Below, piece after piece: positions 35,557 through 45,147 of a stretch of 64,000 nt of DNA. The notes beneath the pieces were generated by a model, which saw nothing but the letters and a program-made list of their open reading frames with translations, was not told the origin of the DNA and did no database searches. This DNA is from a phage: NCBI GenBank assembly GCA_028909515.1, contig GCA_028909515.1_4811.1. The stretch is one strand, 5' to 3'. Every line of letters starts with the position of its first letter. Position 1 is the first letter of the stretch. The translations under genes were made by a program, and so were the position numbers.

Positions 35557-35789
35557 TGCACCTCTGTTATTCCGGTAATTCGAACGATGACGGTGTCATC
35601 CAAATTGAACTGCTGCCGCGCGACGCGTTTGATGTCGTCCTTAAGGTCGGCAATCAACTCCCTTGTTAACACTGTACGCTCTGAAACGTCATATTGAACG
35701 TCAAAGGTATACTCGCCATAGAATACCGCGCCATTGGGAAGCTGCACGACATAGAATGCCATATACATGGCGTTGATATAATCTTCCAT
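35553..35789 (-). CDS. hypothetical protein
   Basis: Start trimmed to 'MEDYINAMYMAF' so the gene abuts the upstream stop (TAATG overlap). Confidence 0.45.
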   Translation of the reverse strand: MEDYINAMYMAFYVVQLPNGAVFYGEYTFDVQYDVSERTVLTRELIADLKDDIKRVARQQFNLDDTVIVRITGITEVQ

Positions 35790-36136
35790 TATACATTCTC
35801 CACGGGTCGACGGATGAGTTTGCGTAATCCTTCGGGCCATACCTTCTTGATGACGGCCTTCGCTGGGCTTGATGAAAGCTTCTTCAGCTTCAATAGGACA
35901 CATCCTTCATCATCGTTCGGTTGCACCTGGATAACGACTCGCGCTTGTCGGTCGATGACCATGACATCACCAATGCGAATGTCCTTCACCAACACGCCCA
36001 TCTCCTTCGTGCCGGATACACCAATCACATGGTCACATCGAACGCGCGGCGGGAGTAGCGTTCCACCGTCAGCCATCTCACGCACGCGCTTCTTAATCTC
36101 TGCACCGTATAACACTTCGTCTTTAACATGAGCCAT
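35789..36136 (-). CDS. hypothetical protein
   Basis: 115-aa ORF. Confidence 0.45.
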   Translation of the reverse strand: MAHVKDEVLYGAEIKKRVREMADGGTLLPPRVRCDHVIGVSGTKEMGVLVKDIRIGDVMVIDRQARVVIQVQPNDDEGCVLLKLKKLSSSPAKAVIKKVWPEGLRKLIRRPVENV

Positions 36137-36617
36137 GGTCGAGTACCTTATAAAGAGTGCAAGAAGGGCTGCTGAATTCCCTTAATGCATAAGCCACGTT
36201 CAAGCTGCCAGGTTCTTTCTTTGCGTTTGTCACTTCCATGTATTGGCAGCCGTTTATGCTGTATCGTCTTACTACAACAGCATTGAAAATCTGACTGCCG
36301 TAATAGACGCAGACGATAACATCACCGACTTCTATTTTATCAGCCGGAACAGGCTTAAGGCGCGGCTTTTTATCAACATAAGTTTGAATAGGAACTCTTA
36401 CGCAACGTGATTGATGGTGAATAGGTCTTGTTGCACCTTTGACGTTGCGCTTCAGTAATTCATCAATGGCATAGTCAACATCACCACTTTCGAACTGCTT
36501 CATGATGAAGTCTCTTACCTTTACGCGAAGGTTAACATCTGCTTCTGCACGTCTCAATGCGTGTAAAATTTCTTCACACTCTTCTTTGTTTAACATTAAA
36601 GGGCGATGGATGATCAT
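36123..36617 (-). CDS. hypothetical protein
   Basis: 164-aa ORF; RBS AGAGG. Confidence 0.45.
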   Translation of the reverse strand: MIIHRPLMLNKEECEEILHALRRAEADVNLRVKVRDFIMKQFESGDVDYAIDELLKRNVKGATRPIHHQSRCVRVPIQTYVDKKPRLKPVPADKIEVGDVIVCVYYGSQIFNAVVVRRYSINGCQYMEVTNAKKEPGSLNVAYALREFSSPSCTLYKVLDHGSC

Positions 36618-36619
36618 AA

Positions 36620-36775
36620 TTAACCTCTTATTTGTGACACAAAACGTTTATAATGTTCTTTGGCTAGGACGCGTGCGCGCTCTTTCGTATGGCCGCTGGC
36701 TTCAAGTACGCGGCGAAGCTGCTTGATTGCGTCTGCCTTACTGATTTTATTATCGCTAAATTGATGTTTATTCAT
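36620..36775 (-). CDS. small hypothetical protein (not in ORF track)
   Basis: 51-aa ORF 'MNKHQFSDNKISKADAIKQLRRVLEASGHTKERARVLAKEHYKRFVSQIRG'; ATGA overlap with upstream stop, fills an otherwise empty 150-bp gap. Confidence 0.5.
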   Translation of the reverse strand: MNKHQFSDNKISKADAIKQLRRVLEASGHTKERARVLAKEHYKRFVSQIRG

Positions 36776-36993
36776 GCTTCACAAGCAGCCTTGATTTGAC
36801 GTGGAGTTACAATGACGACTTCACCAACCAGTGACTTGTCATCTTCTTTTACTGTATCGATTCTTACACGGTAATGATTGCGACCGCGTGAATCGGTAAG
36901 GTATTCATCCAGCTCAAGGATGGTGCCTGCACGCATATTCTGTCCTGACATCCAACGGATACGGTCGCCAGCCTTAAGGGTTTTCTTGCTCAT
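36772..36993 (-). CDS. hypothetical protein
   Basis: Start trimmed to 'MSKKTLKAGDRIRW' to remove overlap with 37001..37279. Confidence 0.45.
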   Translation of the reverse strand: MSKKTLKAGDRIRWMSGQNMRAGTILELDEYLTDSRGRNHYRVRIDTVKEDDKSLVGEVVIVTPRQIKAACEA

Positions 36994-37000
36994 CTTCAAC

Positions 37001-37279
37001 TCACTTATAATATTTAAACATAGCCGCGCAAAAGTCTTGCATGGCATTCTTGATTTGCTTCTTGAACAACGGGTCATGCATCGTTTCAACATTCGTCTTA
37101 ATCCGAACGTGACCGATAACATCAAACGCAGTCGCTGGCATCGGCTCATAGATTTCATGATCGTTCAAGATTATATCTAGCTTTGACTCAGAAATCACGG
37201 GATAATTCTTGCCAGCAGTAAATTGGTCATCAATAGATGATGTGCACTTGACAAAGAATACTTTGTATGTAGTAATCAT
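37001..37279 (-). CDS. hypothetical protein
   Basis: 92-aa ORF. Confidence 0.45.
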   Translation of the reverse strand: MITTYKVFFVKCTSSIDDQFTAGKNYPVISESKLDIILNDHEIYEPMPATAFDVIGHVRIKTNVETMHDPLFKKQIKNAMQDFCAAMFKYYK

Positions 37280-37485
37280 AGAGAATCCTTCGGGCCGCAG
37301 TAGCGCCCGTCCAGGTAGCGGTCATATTGGATTAAAGCGAATGTTTTTAGCGAAAGGTTACGGCGCTTAAACAGATGACCAGTTGCTGGATTCTGCTCGT
37401 GCGCCGTTGGATAAAGGCGTGACAGGTAGTGGATGAGGACTTGTAAAGCCCTACGTTGATTTGTGATTCTTCCCTGTGTATTCAT
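37276..37485 (-). CDS. hypothetical protein
   Basis: 69-aa ORF. Confidence 0.4.
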   Translation of the reverse strand: MNTQGRITNQRRALQVLIHYLSRLYPTAHEQNPATGHLFKRRNLSLKTFALIQYDRYLDGRYCGPKDSL

Positions 37486-37675
37486 GGCTGAATCTACCCT
37501 CTGTCAATATCCGGTCATGGATGACTATACCAGTACAGCGCAGGCGGTTGGCATTGCTTCGCGCCTTTGCTGCTTGATGAGGATTGAACAAGCCAAACAA
37601 ACTAGCCTTAAAAGCAAACTGGTAATATTTGATTAAGGTACTAAGTGCTAACTCAATCCTGTCTAAATTAATCAT
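37451..37675 (-). CDS. hypothetical protein
   Basis: 74-aa ORF; 35-nt overlap with downstream ORF, start uncertain. Confidence 0.35.
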   Translation of the reverse strand: MINLDRIELALSTLIKYYQFAFKASLFGLFNPHQAAKARSNANRLRCTGIVIHDRILTEGRFSHEYTGKNHKST

Positions 37676-37714
37676 AATATCACCTCGTCAGAAAAGCAAA
37701 TATTTTGATGATAA

Positions 37715-38362
37715 TTATCCTGTGGCCTGCATATTGCGTACATACTTCTGCTCTAATGAATAGATGAAGTCGGCGACAGTTAATCCCTTCGTGTGCCATT
37801 CATACATGGTGAAGCCTGTATTCAGGAAATAGCCGCGCACCTTGTCCATCGCTTCAGCTTCCTCCATTGAAGCCATCAGCGCGGCGACGTTGTCATAAGA
37901 AGGCACAAATCCCTTCTTGCGTAGCGCATTGCGCAAATCTTTAGTTCTGAATCCAATCTTGCAAGGGTCATCACGGCCCGTGGATGATGCAACCTTCGGT
38001 AGCGCAAGGAACTCTTTAAGGAACATTGCAATGTTCAAGTCTCCTGCGTCATCAAGCTTCTGGATTCGGTTGCGACCGCGACCCTTGAATTCACTTGCAC
38101 GAGGGTGAGCGCCAAAACAGTGCGCCCCTTCCAGTTTAGGGTCGATGATCATTACATCTTTACCAATGCGCAGCTCTACGTAGTAAAGATAAGACTCATC
38201 GACAAGCTTTGTGCGCTTGCAAGTGATTGAGTCCTTATCATAACCAAAGCCACGCAACACGGTTGAAATCATCCGGTTCATTTCTTCGCCGTGAACGTCA
38301 CTCTCTTTGTTCAGTTCACCAAGATTTTGAAAGAATTTAGCGATGTTGATTGCTTTATTCAT
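37715..38362 (-). CDS. hypothetical protein
   Basis: 215-aa ORF immediately downstream of the helicase-like gene. Confidence 0.5.
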   Translation of the reverse strand: MNKAINIAKFFQNLGELNKESDVHGEEMNRMISTVLRGFGYDKDSITCKRTKLVDESYLYYVELRIGKDVMIIDPKLEGAHCFGAHPRASEFKGRGRNRIQKLDDAGDLNIAMFLKEFLALPKVASSTGRDDPCKIGFRTKDLRNALRKKGFVPSYDNVAALMASMEEAEAMDKVRGYFLNTGFTMYEWHTKGLTVADFIYSLEQKYVRNMQATG

Positions 38363-40032
38363 CAGAATTCATCCTTATCTCTTCCCAAAGAACGTTTACG
38401 CTCAATAACCTTCTTCAAGAATTCAATATCTTCAGGGTCAGACTCATCGCGGATGAGATACGCTAAGATGGTCATCAAATCAGAAATGTATTCCCCTGAT
38501 TCATTCTTAATCAGCGGCGTAAAGTAACCGCGCTGGTTGCGATAGGTTGCAGGCTCAAAACCAAGCTTCGACATGTGCGGCGCAAGGGTACGAGAGAAAG
38601 GCGACTTGCCGCACTTCGCTCTGAATCCCATAGCAATAGCACCACTGGTGATGTGCCAGCGTCCGCTGTGATGTCGGTCATAAGGCGCGGTGATGACGAC
38701 TTCAACAAGGTCGTTGTCAACCATCTCATCACGGATAACGCCGCGCGCACGTTCCATTTCGTTCTTGCTGAACTCAGTAAGCATGCGAGATGTTTCACCA
38801 ACAAACGCATTGTAACCTGCTTCGCCGTGCTTCTCCATCCACGCAGCACACTCAGCCATCAACTGCCAAACGTCTTCTTTCAAAGTGGAAAGGTCAGCTT
38901 GGAAATCTTTCGACCAGTTCGGTTGCCCGTCCTTGTCAGCGAGTTGGCCAACAAAGATAGGATACACACGACGGTTGCCCGTGTCATCGCGCTGCATACC
39001 TGCGTATTCATTGCCGTCCATGATAGCAATCCACTGGCGTGGTTTAACCTGCGTATCTTCAAATTTGAAGTCCAGGTCATCTTCTGTCTTAGTCAGGAAT
39101 GCTTTCATGTTTTCGATGTCGGCCTTTTTAAAGCCTGTCATCTCGCCGACGTTCGCGATAATCGAGCGACCCGTAATAGCTCGCAAGAACGGGTTGAAGT
39201 TTTGCGCGGCTAAGTTTAACGGAATCGGTGTTGCGTGGCGGTCGTTCATAATAGCTTCGCAAAGCAGCTTGCTAAAATAACTCTTCCCTGCGTTCTGGCC
39301 GCCGATGAGCGCGATGGAGATTGGCGCTTGACAGCCAGGGTTGGTCAGGCGGTTATAGAGCGATAGCCAAAAATACACACCGATTTGTCGGTTTAACTCT
39401 GTATCGAATGGTCGGAATAGCTCGATAAGGTATTTCTCGATGCGCGCAGTACCGTCCCATTCAGGCAGCTTCTTGTAGAAGAAGTCCATCAGGTCGTCGC
39501 GCTGATAACGCATGGCCCATTCCTTATAGGATTGAGCGACCTGACGTGAGTTTGGGTTGGACAATCCTGCTGCGTCGACAGCGGCAACTATCTCTGTGAC
39601 TTCCAAAGTACGGTCGGTGAATGTTTCGCCGCGATGGTCGACTAAGCGCCCACGAAAAGTATCTTTGTGAGGGAATGGAACAACGCCACTTCCCTTATCA
39701 AACAACGCGTCGAAAACCGCATAACGGTTCATGTCACTCGTCCTGTCTGCCTGTAGAACGAAGTCATCTTTGGTAGGCTTGTAGTGAGGGAACTTGATTA
39801 CCTGAAGTGAGGCGAGCAAGCGTGCTCTTTCAACCAAGTCTTCTTCACCGTAGCATTCCATGCGCTCTGAATCTTTTTCAACGGCTTTATGTTGAAGGCT
39901 GATTTTAGCTCTGGTGCCTTGCTGCTCTGCCGCCTGCATTTCTTCCGAAACGCCTGCATCTTGAATTTCGTCAAAGATTGCACCAAATTCATCACCTGTA
40001 TCCTCTGGAAGATTGTCATTATTAATTGACAT
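38362..40032 (-). CDS. primase-associated SF3-type helicase (D5/VirE-like P-loop NTPase)
   Basis: 556 aa; Walker A 'GGQNAGKS' and downstream Walker B-like acidic patch. Confidence 0.65.
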   Translation of the reverse strand: MSINNDNLPEDTGDEFGAIFDEIQDAGVSEEMQAAEQQGTRAKISLQHKAVEKDSERMECYGEEDLVERARLLASLQVIKFPHYKPTKDDFVLQADRTSDMNRYAVFDALFDKGSGVVPFPHKDTFRGRLVDHRGETFTDRTLEVTEIVAAVDAAGLSNPNSRQVAQSYKEWAMRYQRDDLMDFFYKKLPEWDGTARIEKYLIELFRPFDTELNRQIGVYFWLSLYNRLTNPGCQAPISIALIGGQNAGKSYFSKLLCEAIMNDRHATPIPLNLAAQNFNPFLRAITGRSIIANVGEMTGFKKADIENMKAFLTKTEDDLDFKFEDTQVKPRQWIAIMDGNEYAGMQRDDTGNRRVYPIFVGQLADKDGQPNWSKDFQADLSTLKEDVWQLMAECAAWMEKHGEAGYNAFVGETSRMLTEFSKNEMERARGVIRDEMVDNDLVEVVITAPYDRHHSGRWHITSGAIAMGFRAKCGKSPFSRTLAPHMSKLGFEPATYRNQRGYFTPLIKNESGEYISDLMTILAYLIRDESDPEDIEFLKKVIERKRSLGRDKDEF

Positions 40033-40168
40033 TTAATCCTCCTGATACGGCTTTGTTATATTGTTGCATGGATATATCCTTTCAGGGTGCGGTAAATAAA
40101 CGCCAGAAATCTGGCGTTGTATATTAATATAGTAAAACTCAATTTAAAGCAATATAACTGGTGAACTA

Positions 40169-40459
40169 TCAGCAAGGAAATTGGTTGGCGTATGCCTTTC
40201 TCAATTTGTTTACTGATTGAACAGCATGAAGGTATTGGCAATCGGTGAAGATGCGGCGCAAATGATCCATAGAAGACAGGTCATCGTTAGTAACCACCAG
40301 AATCTCTTCCGAAGGGCAGCCAGCTTCTTTGACAATCTCATTGAGATTTGCGCCACTAATTTCTTCAACACGTTTCACCTCATCGATACCGTAAACATCA
40401 ACGGCAACTTCGATGTCGTCATCGCTGATATTTTCACCATAAAGAATTACAATATTCAT
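40169..40459 (-). CDS. hypothetical protein
   Basis: 96-aa acidic ORF. Confidence 0.45.
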   Translation of the reverse strand: MNIVILYGENISDDDIEVAVDVYGIDEVKRVEEISGANLNEIVKEAGCPSEEILVVTNDDLSSMDHLRRIFTDCQYLHAVQSVNKLRKAYANQFPC

Positions 40460-40560
40460 CCGCTCACCCCTGCCAAATAATATGCCATATCCAATACATA
40501 TAATAGCCCCAGGATGATGACAAGGGAAATGATTAATGTGTATTTCTTTACGGCTTTCAT
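40456..40560 (-). CDS. small hydrophobic peptide (not in ORF track)
   Basis: 34 aa 'MKAVKKYTLIISLVIILGLLYVLDMAYYLAGVSG'; stop overlaps next gene start (ATGA); hand-counted coordinates. Confidence 0.3.
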   Translation of the reverse strand: MKAVKKYTLIISLVIILGLLYVLDMAYYLAGVSG

Positions 40561-40578
40561 AAGTATCTATACCTAAAT

Positions 40579-40842
40579 TTACTGTTGAGGATCACCAATG
40601 GAGTCTGTCGCATCCCATTCAACGCGTGCTGTGCGCTCTGCTGGTGGGCAACCTTCGCCAGCGTAAAGCTCCACAACGCCTTCATGAGAGCAGCACTGGC
40701 ACTCTACAAGGTCGCCATCTTCCCAGGCACCTTCCTCCGCGTTGCGATGCTGCCGCACCTTGATAACATCGCTCGCACAGTTAGGACAAGTCGAGAGATT
40801 GCTGGCAACGTTCCAGATGAACTCGTTACGGAAAGCACCCAT
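40579..40842 (-). CDS. hypothetical protein with Cys cluster (zinc-ribbon-like)
   Basis: Start set at 'MGAFRNEF'; 'CPNC...CQCC'. Confidence 0.45.
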   Translation of the reverse strand: MGAFRNEFIWNVASNLSTCPNCASDVIKVRQHRNAEEGAWEDGDLVECQCCSHEGVVELYAGEGCPPAERTARVEWDATDSIGDPQQ

Positions 40843-40843
40843 G

Positions 40844-41134
40844 CTACACCTCTTGATCTCTTTGCTGTTGAATCGCGGCTGAAGCTTCGTCAAAATTGAC
40901 TGGCTCAACGGTGAACGTTGCACTGACTGTAAGGTCTTTAATAGTCAGCAGTGTGTTGAATCGCTCGGCCTGAAGATTCATAGCTACATGCGTGGATACG
41001 TTAAGGATTGCACCAACAACTTCCTCCACTGCGTAGCCTGCAAACAAGGGGAGAATCTGGTTGACAAGCTTAAGCTCGTTTTCAACACGAAGCTTTTGTG
41101 CTTCTTCAACGGTCATCATTTTTGGTTCGTTCAT
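40844..41134 (-). CDS. hypothetical protein
   Basis: 96-aa ORF. Confidence 0.45.
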   Translation of the reverse strand: MNEPKMMTVEEAQKLRVENELKLVNQILPLFAGYAVEEVVGAILNVSTHVAMNLQAERFNTLLTIKDLTVSATFTVEPVNFDEASAAIQQQRDQEV

Positions 41135-41136
41135 TT

Positions 41137-41283
41137 TTATTCCTTAACAAATTCAGAGTAGTGTTTGGCCGCAGCCGCTTGATGGTGAGCCATGACTCCT
41201 TGAAGGGTCGGAAGCTCTGCTGGTTTAGGTTCTAACGACTTTAACAGACATTCAACCTCGATGTTCAATTCTTCGCTTTGCAT
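41137..41283 (-). CDS. small hypothetical protein (not in ORF track)
   Basis: 48-aa ORF 'MQSEELNIEVECLLKSLEPKPAELPTLQGVMAHHQAAAAKHYSEFVKE' behind RBS AGAGGTGA; stop 2 nt before next gene. Confidence 0.45.
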   Translation of the reverse strand: MQSEELNIEVECLLKSLEPKPAELPTLQGVMAHHQAAAAKHYSEFVKE

Positions 41284-41341
41284 AAATCACCTCTGCTTCA
41301 GTTCATAAAATGATTATAGTTACTATGAAAGTAAAAGCAAA

Positions 41342-42424
41342 CTATTTTATGCCACCTGCACGACGATTTATCATGTCAAGTTGATTCTCAATATAAGGCA
41401 TGACGATTGCTTCAACAAAAGCGGTCCAACCTTTCTTGCCTTCCCCTTTACGGTGACAGTCGTGGGCGCAACCGAACACAAATTCATGTTCTGCACCAGG
41501 GATAGGGCCGCGAAAGTAAGCGCCATACGGGTCGCCGTTGGTGTGTTCTTCACCCCAAGGACAGATTATGCGGCACTTGCCTGACATGTTCTCGATGACG
41601 TCACCATCAGACCCTTCACCCATCTTGCTGCGCGCTAGAATCTGCTGGGCTATTTTATACCAAACAGCATCATACTTGTATTCATCGACGTCAATTTGAA
41701 TCTCACGCTTTTGCGGCATGACGACGTGAAAGCCAAATGCCTGACAAATGTCTTCGATGGTGTAGCGCAATGAGTAGTCTGCATGGACAAGTCGGCAGCG
41801 GAACGGGTCGCCGTTCTCATCGACATATTTATAGGGGCCGTCATGAGTCACACGCTTGTTGTTGATGCACCCAGGAACACGGCCCACGCGCGTTACGTCT
41901 TTAATCGTGTTGTCGCCGCCCTTCTTGAGTACCATGTTAACGAAAGACCCAAGGAACGCTTTGAACTGAATAAGATGGTCAATCGGTTCTTTAAAGAAGT
42001 ACCAAAGCTGGTGGTTGTTCGGTGAAGTCTCGACGATGACAGTCGGCTTCAGTCGCTCAAAAAAGAATTCCAAATCTAAATCGCCTTTGGACCCTTTACC
42101 GTGACCGATGTCGTCGACCATCATCGCCATGCCGTGACCAAAGGCCGACTCTGTACGCCAGTATCGCATCTCACCCGTCTTTGGGTTGGGAGACTTACGC
42201 ATTGAACTGATGCAAGCATAGCCGTTTTGGTGCTGCATGAGCGGCTTTCCCAACTTCCAAGGCTTAGGCCAGAAGCTGCTGTTAATCTTCTTGCCGCGCT
42301 CGTCAGTCTGCACCGTTGCTTCAGGCGCAAACACCGTCATGACGCGCTCATCTTCTGGAATGCCTCTTTGGAGTTCTGTTAAAAACTCTTCGATTATTTT
42401 TGCTTCTTCTCTTAAACTAGCCAT
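41342..42424 (-). CDS. primase-polymerase-like replication protein (AEP-type, tentative)
   Basis: 360 aa; acidic 'VDDIGHG' and 'NNHQLWYFF' resemble AEP primase motifs I and II; C-terminal Cys/His cluster; first gene after a strong TTGACT-N16-TATACT promoter. Confidence 0.4.
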   Translation of the reverse strand: MASLREEAKIIEEFLTELQRGIPEDERVMTVFAPEATVQTDERGKKINSSFWPKPWKLGKPLMQHQNGYACISSMRKSPNPKTGEMRYWRTESAFGHGMAMMVDDIGHGKGSKGDLDLEFFFERLKPTVIVETSPNNHQLWYFFKEPIDHLIQFKAFLGSFVNMVLKKGGDNTIKDVTRVGRVPGCINNKRVTHDGPYKYVDENGDPFRCRLVHADYSLRYTIEDICQAFGFHVVMPQKREIQIDVDEYKYDAVWYKIAQQILARSKMGEGSDGDVIENMSGKCRIICPWGEEHTNGDPYGAYFRGPIPGAEHEFVFGCAHDCHRKGEGKKGWTAFVEAIVMPYIENQLDMINRRAGGIK

Positions 42425-42453
42425 CTTTCTTTCCTTTGGTGATCAATACCTGC

Positions 42454-42481
42454 AGTATAATATTGAGTGATACAAAGTCAA
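42454..42481 (-). promoter_or_regulatory. sigma70-like promoter for the minus-strand early array
   Basis: Minus-strand TTGACT-N16-TATACT upstream of the primase-like gene, RBS AAAGGAAAG. Confidence 0.55.
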
Positions 42482-42584
42482 CAATATTTACCATTTAGTT
42501 CACAATTTCGATTTACTTTGCTTTATACTATATCTGCAATTATACTATCAGAAAATATTTCCGCACTAACAAAGGTCGCCTGAA

Positions 42585-42911
42585 ATGAACGAAAAAGAGA
42601 CGAAGCAACGCGAACGTGCAACACACGTCGGAATCGTTGAGTCCTTCCTTAATACAAGATTGAATTCAAGCCTAACAATCATGCGATTCCTGGGTCAACC
42701 AGACAGAATCAAATTTATTTTTGCCGCAAATCCGGTATCGCTGTACATCCCTGTTGAATCCATGGCGTACTTAGTGCGCGACGAGAAAGGATGGAAGATA
42801 CCAAACACAACTGTTTTCTTCAGCCATGTTGATGGTGAGATGTTTGAACGAAAAGAAGATTGCCATTTTATTCCAGTATATCTGGACCTTGAAAGCGTAG
42901 TGGAGTTATAA
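42585..42911 (+). CDS. hypothetical protein
   Basis: 108-aa ORF; stop overlaps helicase start. Confidence 0.45.
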   Translation: MNEKETKQRERATHVGIVESFLNTRLNSSLTIMRFLGQPDRIKFIFAANPVSLYIPVESMAYLVRDEKGWKIPNTTVFFSHVDGEMFERKEDCHFIPVYLDLESVVEL

Positions 42912-44095
42912 TGAACATTCCAGAATTTAATGATGAGCCAGTTATTCAGTTTAACGCGCAACAAATCGATGCCATCGAGAAGGCCGTTGCATGGTACAAG
43001 CGATTGCAGGACGGTAAAACGACGAAGCGCGTGTTTTTCATTGCTGGCTATGCAGGGACTGGTAAAACCTCTATTGCTCGCGAGATTGTGCGCCGATGTG
43101 TCGGTGAGTACGGCGCTATCTATATTGCGCCGACCGGAAAGGCTGCAAGCCGATTAAAGCAAAAAGGCTGTCGTGGAGCTAAGACCCTCCACCAGTTCAT
43201 CTATAACGTGCGCGGCGTAAATGACGATAATGAGCCAATCTTTTCGAGAAAGTCAAAGCTGGATGAAAGGCCGCACCTTGTTGTACTCGATGAAGCGTCG
43301 ATGGTTGGCGAGTGGGACACAGAGCGCCTTCTTGATCACCGCATCCCTGTCCTGGCATTAGGCGACATTGGACAAGTACCTCCGGTAAAATCCGCCGCCT
43401 ACTTTACTGAAGATGCCGTTGACGTACTGTTAACAGAAATCATGCGGCAAGGGAAAGAGTCCAATATAATCCGCGCCTCCTTCTTCGTGCGCCAAGGCAA
43501 CCGCCTTCCTCCGCGTGAATACGATGACGTCAAAGTATTGGCAGAATCGCCGCGCGTTACTGCATTGAAGAAATTCATGGGCGAAGATGATCAAATTATT
43601 TGCTCCTATAATAGCACCAAAGATAAATGGAATTCATTATTACGGCAAGTGAGCGGACGTATAACGCCAATGCCAGGAATCGGCGAGAAAGTTATTTGCA
43701 CCTTCAACCAGCACGGGCCAGGATTCTGTAATGGCGAGCAAGGGATTGTTATTAGCTATGAGCCAGTGCCGGACTTTGAAAGGGACGAGGACGAGTCCAA
43801 TGAAATAATGTATGTCAATTTGCGCTCGCTTACCGATGGCAAAGATATAAAGGTTAAGATTAATCCTCTTTCCTTCTCTACTGATCAGGAAGTGCGCAAA
43901 GAGGCCCAACGCGCTGTTGGAGGCATGGACTATGGCTATGTCATCACGGTGCACAAATCACAAGGCAGCGAGTGGGACAATGTGTGCGTGCTGGAAGAAA
44001 TCTTACGCGGCGTTCCGTACTCCAAGATGATGTACACCGCTGTCACCCGTGCTAAGAAGAATCTGACCGTGTACCGTGATTTGAAAGCGCGTTAA
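42911..44095 (+). CDS. ATP-dependent DNA helicase (Dda/RecD-like, SF1)
   Basis: Walker A 'GYAGTGKTS', Walker B 'VLDEASMV', C-terminal 'VHKSQGSEWD'. Confidence 0.8.
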   Translation: MNIPEFNDEPVIQFNAQQIDAIEKAVAWYKRLQDGKTTKRVFFIAGYAGTGKTSIAREIVRRCVGEYGAIYIAPTGKAASRLKQKGCRGAKTLHQFIYNVRGVNDDNEPIFSRKSKLDERPHLVVLDEASMVGEWDTERLLDHRIPVLALGDIGQVPPVKSAAYFTEDAVDVLLTEIMRQGKESNIIRASFFVRQGNRLPPREYDDVKVLAESPRVTALKKFMGEDDQIICSYNSTKDKWNSLLRQVSGRITPMPGIGEKVICTFNQHGPGFCNGEQGIVISYEPVPDFERDEDESNEIMYVNLRSLTDGKDIKVKINPLSFSTDQEVRKEAQRAVGGMDYGYVITVHKSQGSEWDNVCVLEEILRGVPYSKMMYTAVTRAKKNLTVYRDLKAR

Positions 44096-44169
44096 TGTTG
44101 ACGTAAATTTACGAAAAATAAAACTGAAAATCAGTTTAATTAAAGTGGCATTGCCGCCATAGTTTTTAG

Positions 44170-44198
44170 TTGCTACTGGCGGCGACTGAAGGCATAAT
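44170..44198 (+). promoter_or_regulatory. sigma70-like promoter of the K/E/A-rich protein gene
   Basis: TTGCTA-N17-CATAAT. Confidence 0.5.
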
Positions 44199-44254
44199 TA
44201 AGTTATCCCAAACGGGGAATATAAAATAAACTAATTTATTTAAGGACTGTGAAT

Positions 44255-45094
44255 ATGGCCGAAGCAATCAAAGTATTATCTAAAGAAGAAAAACAAGCAG
44301 CCGCAGCAGAACGTCGTCGCGTGGCTGAAGAAAAACGCCTGGCTAAAAAGAAAGAAGCCGAAGAAAAACGCCAGAAGCGTGAGCAGGAAAAACAAGCCAA
44401 GCGTGAAGAAGCTGCGCTGAAACGCAAGCAGGCTGCTGATGAGAAGGCTCAGAAGCGTGCTGAAGAAGCAGCTAAGAAAGCTAAAGAGCGTGCAGAAAAG
44501 GCTGCTGCTAAGAAAGCAGAGCGTGAAGCCGCTAAAGCAGCAAAAGAAATCGAAAAGGCAAAGGCTAAAGAAGAAGCCAAGCGCCTGAAAGCTGAGCAGG
44601 CTGCGGCCAAGAAAGCAGAGCGTGATCAAGCCCGTGCTGCAGCGAAGGCCGAAAAAGAGAAGGCCAAAGAAGAAGCTAAAGCGAAACGCAAGGCAGAGCG
44701 TGAAGCTGCTAAGATTGCGGCGAAAGAAGCTGCAGAACAGCAGAAAGAACAGCGTAAGAAAGAAGCTGAAGAACGTCGCAAAGCCATCGCAGAACGTAAG
44801 GCTGCTAAAAAGGCAAACGGTCAGCGTCGTGCAAAAGCCACTCACTTCATCTACACTGGCAATGGCCTGAGCCAGCCGCAAGAGCATTCCACCCGTGGAC
44901 GCGTTCTGGCGGCGATCAAAGAAGGCGAAGTTGGCGTGGCGCAGTCTATCGATGAGCTGGGCGAAAAAGTTAAAGATCAACTGTTTGGCGCTTCCGTTCG
45001 CTCCTACCTGAGCAAGCTGGAAGAGATGGGCCACATCGAGTTTGTCGATGTTGAATCCAACGGCGATGCCGAAGACGGTGATCAAGCGGAATAA
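44255..45094 (+). CDS. Lys/Glu/Ala-rich charged helical protein (histone H1-like low complexity)
   Basis: About 190 aa of K/E/A/R repeats then a ~85-aa globular C-terminus; own promoter and terminator; host-optimal codons; ATG at 44255 preferred over GTG at 44249 for RBS spacing. Confidence 0.6.
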   Translation: MAEAIKVLSKEEKQAAAAERRRVAEEKRLAKKKEAEEKRQKREQEKQAKREEAALKRKQAADEKAQKRAEEAAKKAKERAEKAAAKKAEREAAKAAKEIEKAKAKEEAKRLKAEQAAAKKAERDQARAAAKAEKEKAKEEAKAKRKAEREAAKIAAKEAAEQQKEQRKKEAEERRKAIAERKAAKKANGQRRAKATHFIYTGNGLSQPQEHSTRGRVLAAIKEGEVGVAQSIDELGEKVKDQLFGASVRSYLSKLEEMGHIEFVDVESNGDAEDGDQAE

Positions 45095-45120
45095 CCTGTA
45101 GGACGGTTATAGCGGTAATT

Positions 45121-45147
45121 GACCCACACTTGTTGTGGGTCTTTTTT
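45121..45147 (+). terminator. rho-independent terminator
   Basis: GACCCACA-cttgt-TGTGGGTC followed by TTTTTT. Confidence 0.65.

Noticed and set aside
44276-45085. 269-aa minus-strand ORF and other ORFs across the K/E/A-rich gene
   Set aside because: Antisense translation of a low-complexity GAA/AAA/GCT-rich gene gives long open frames (F/L/S-rich); artefact.
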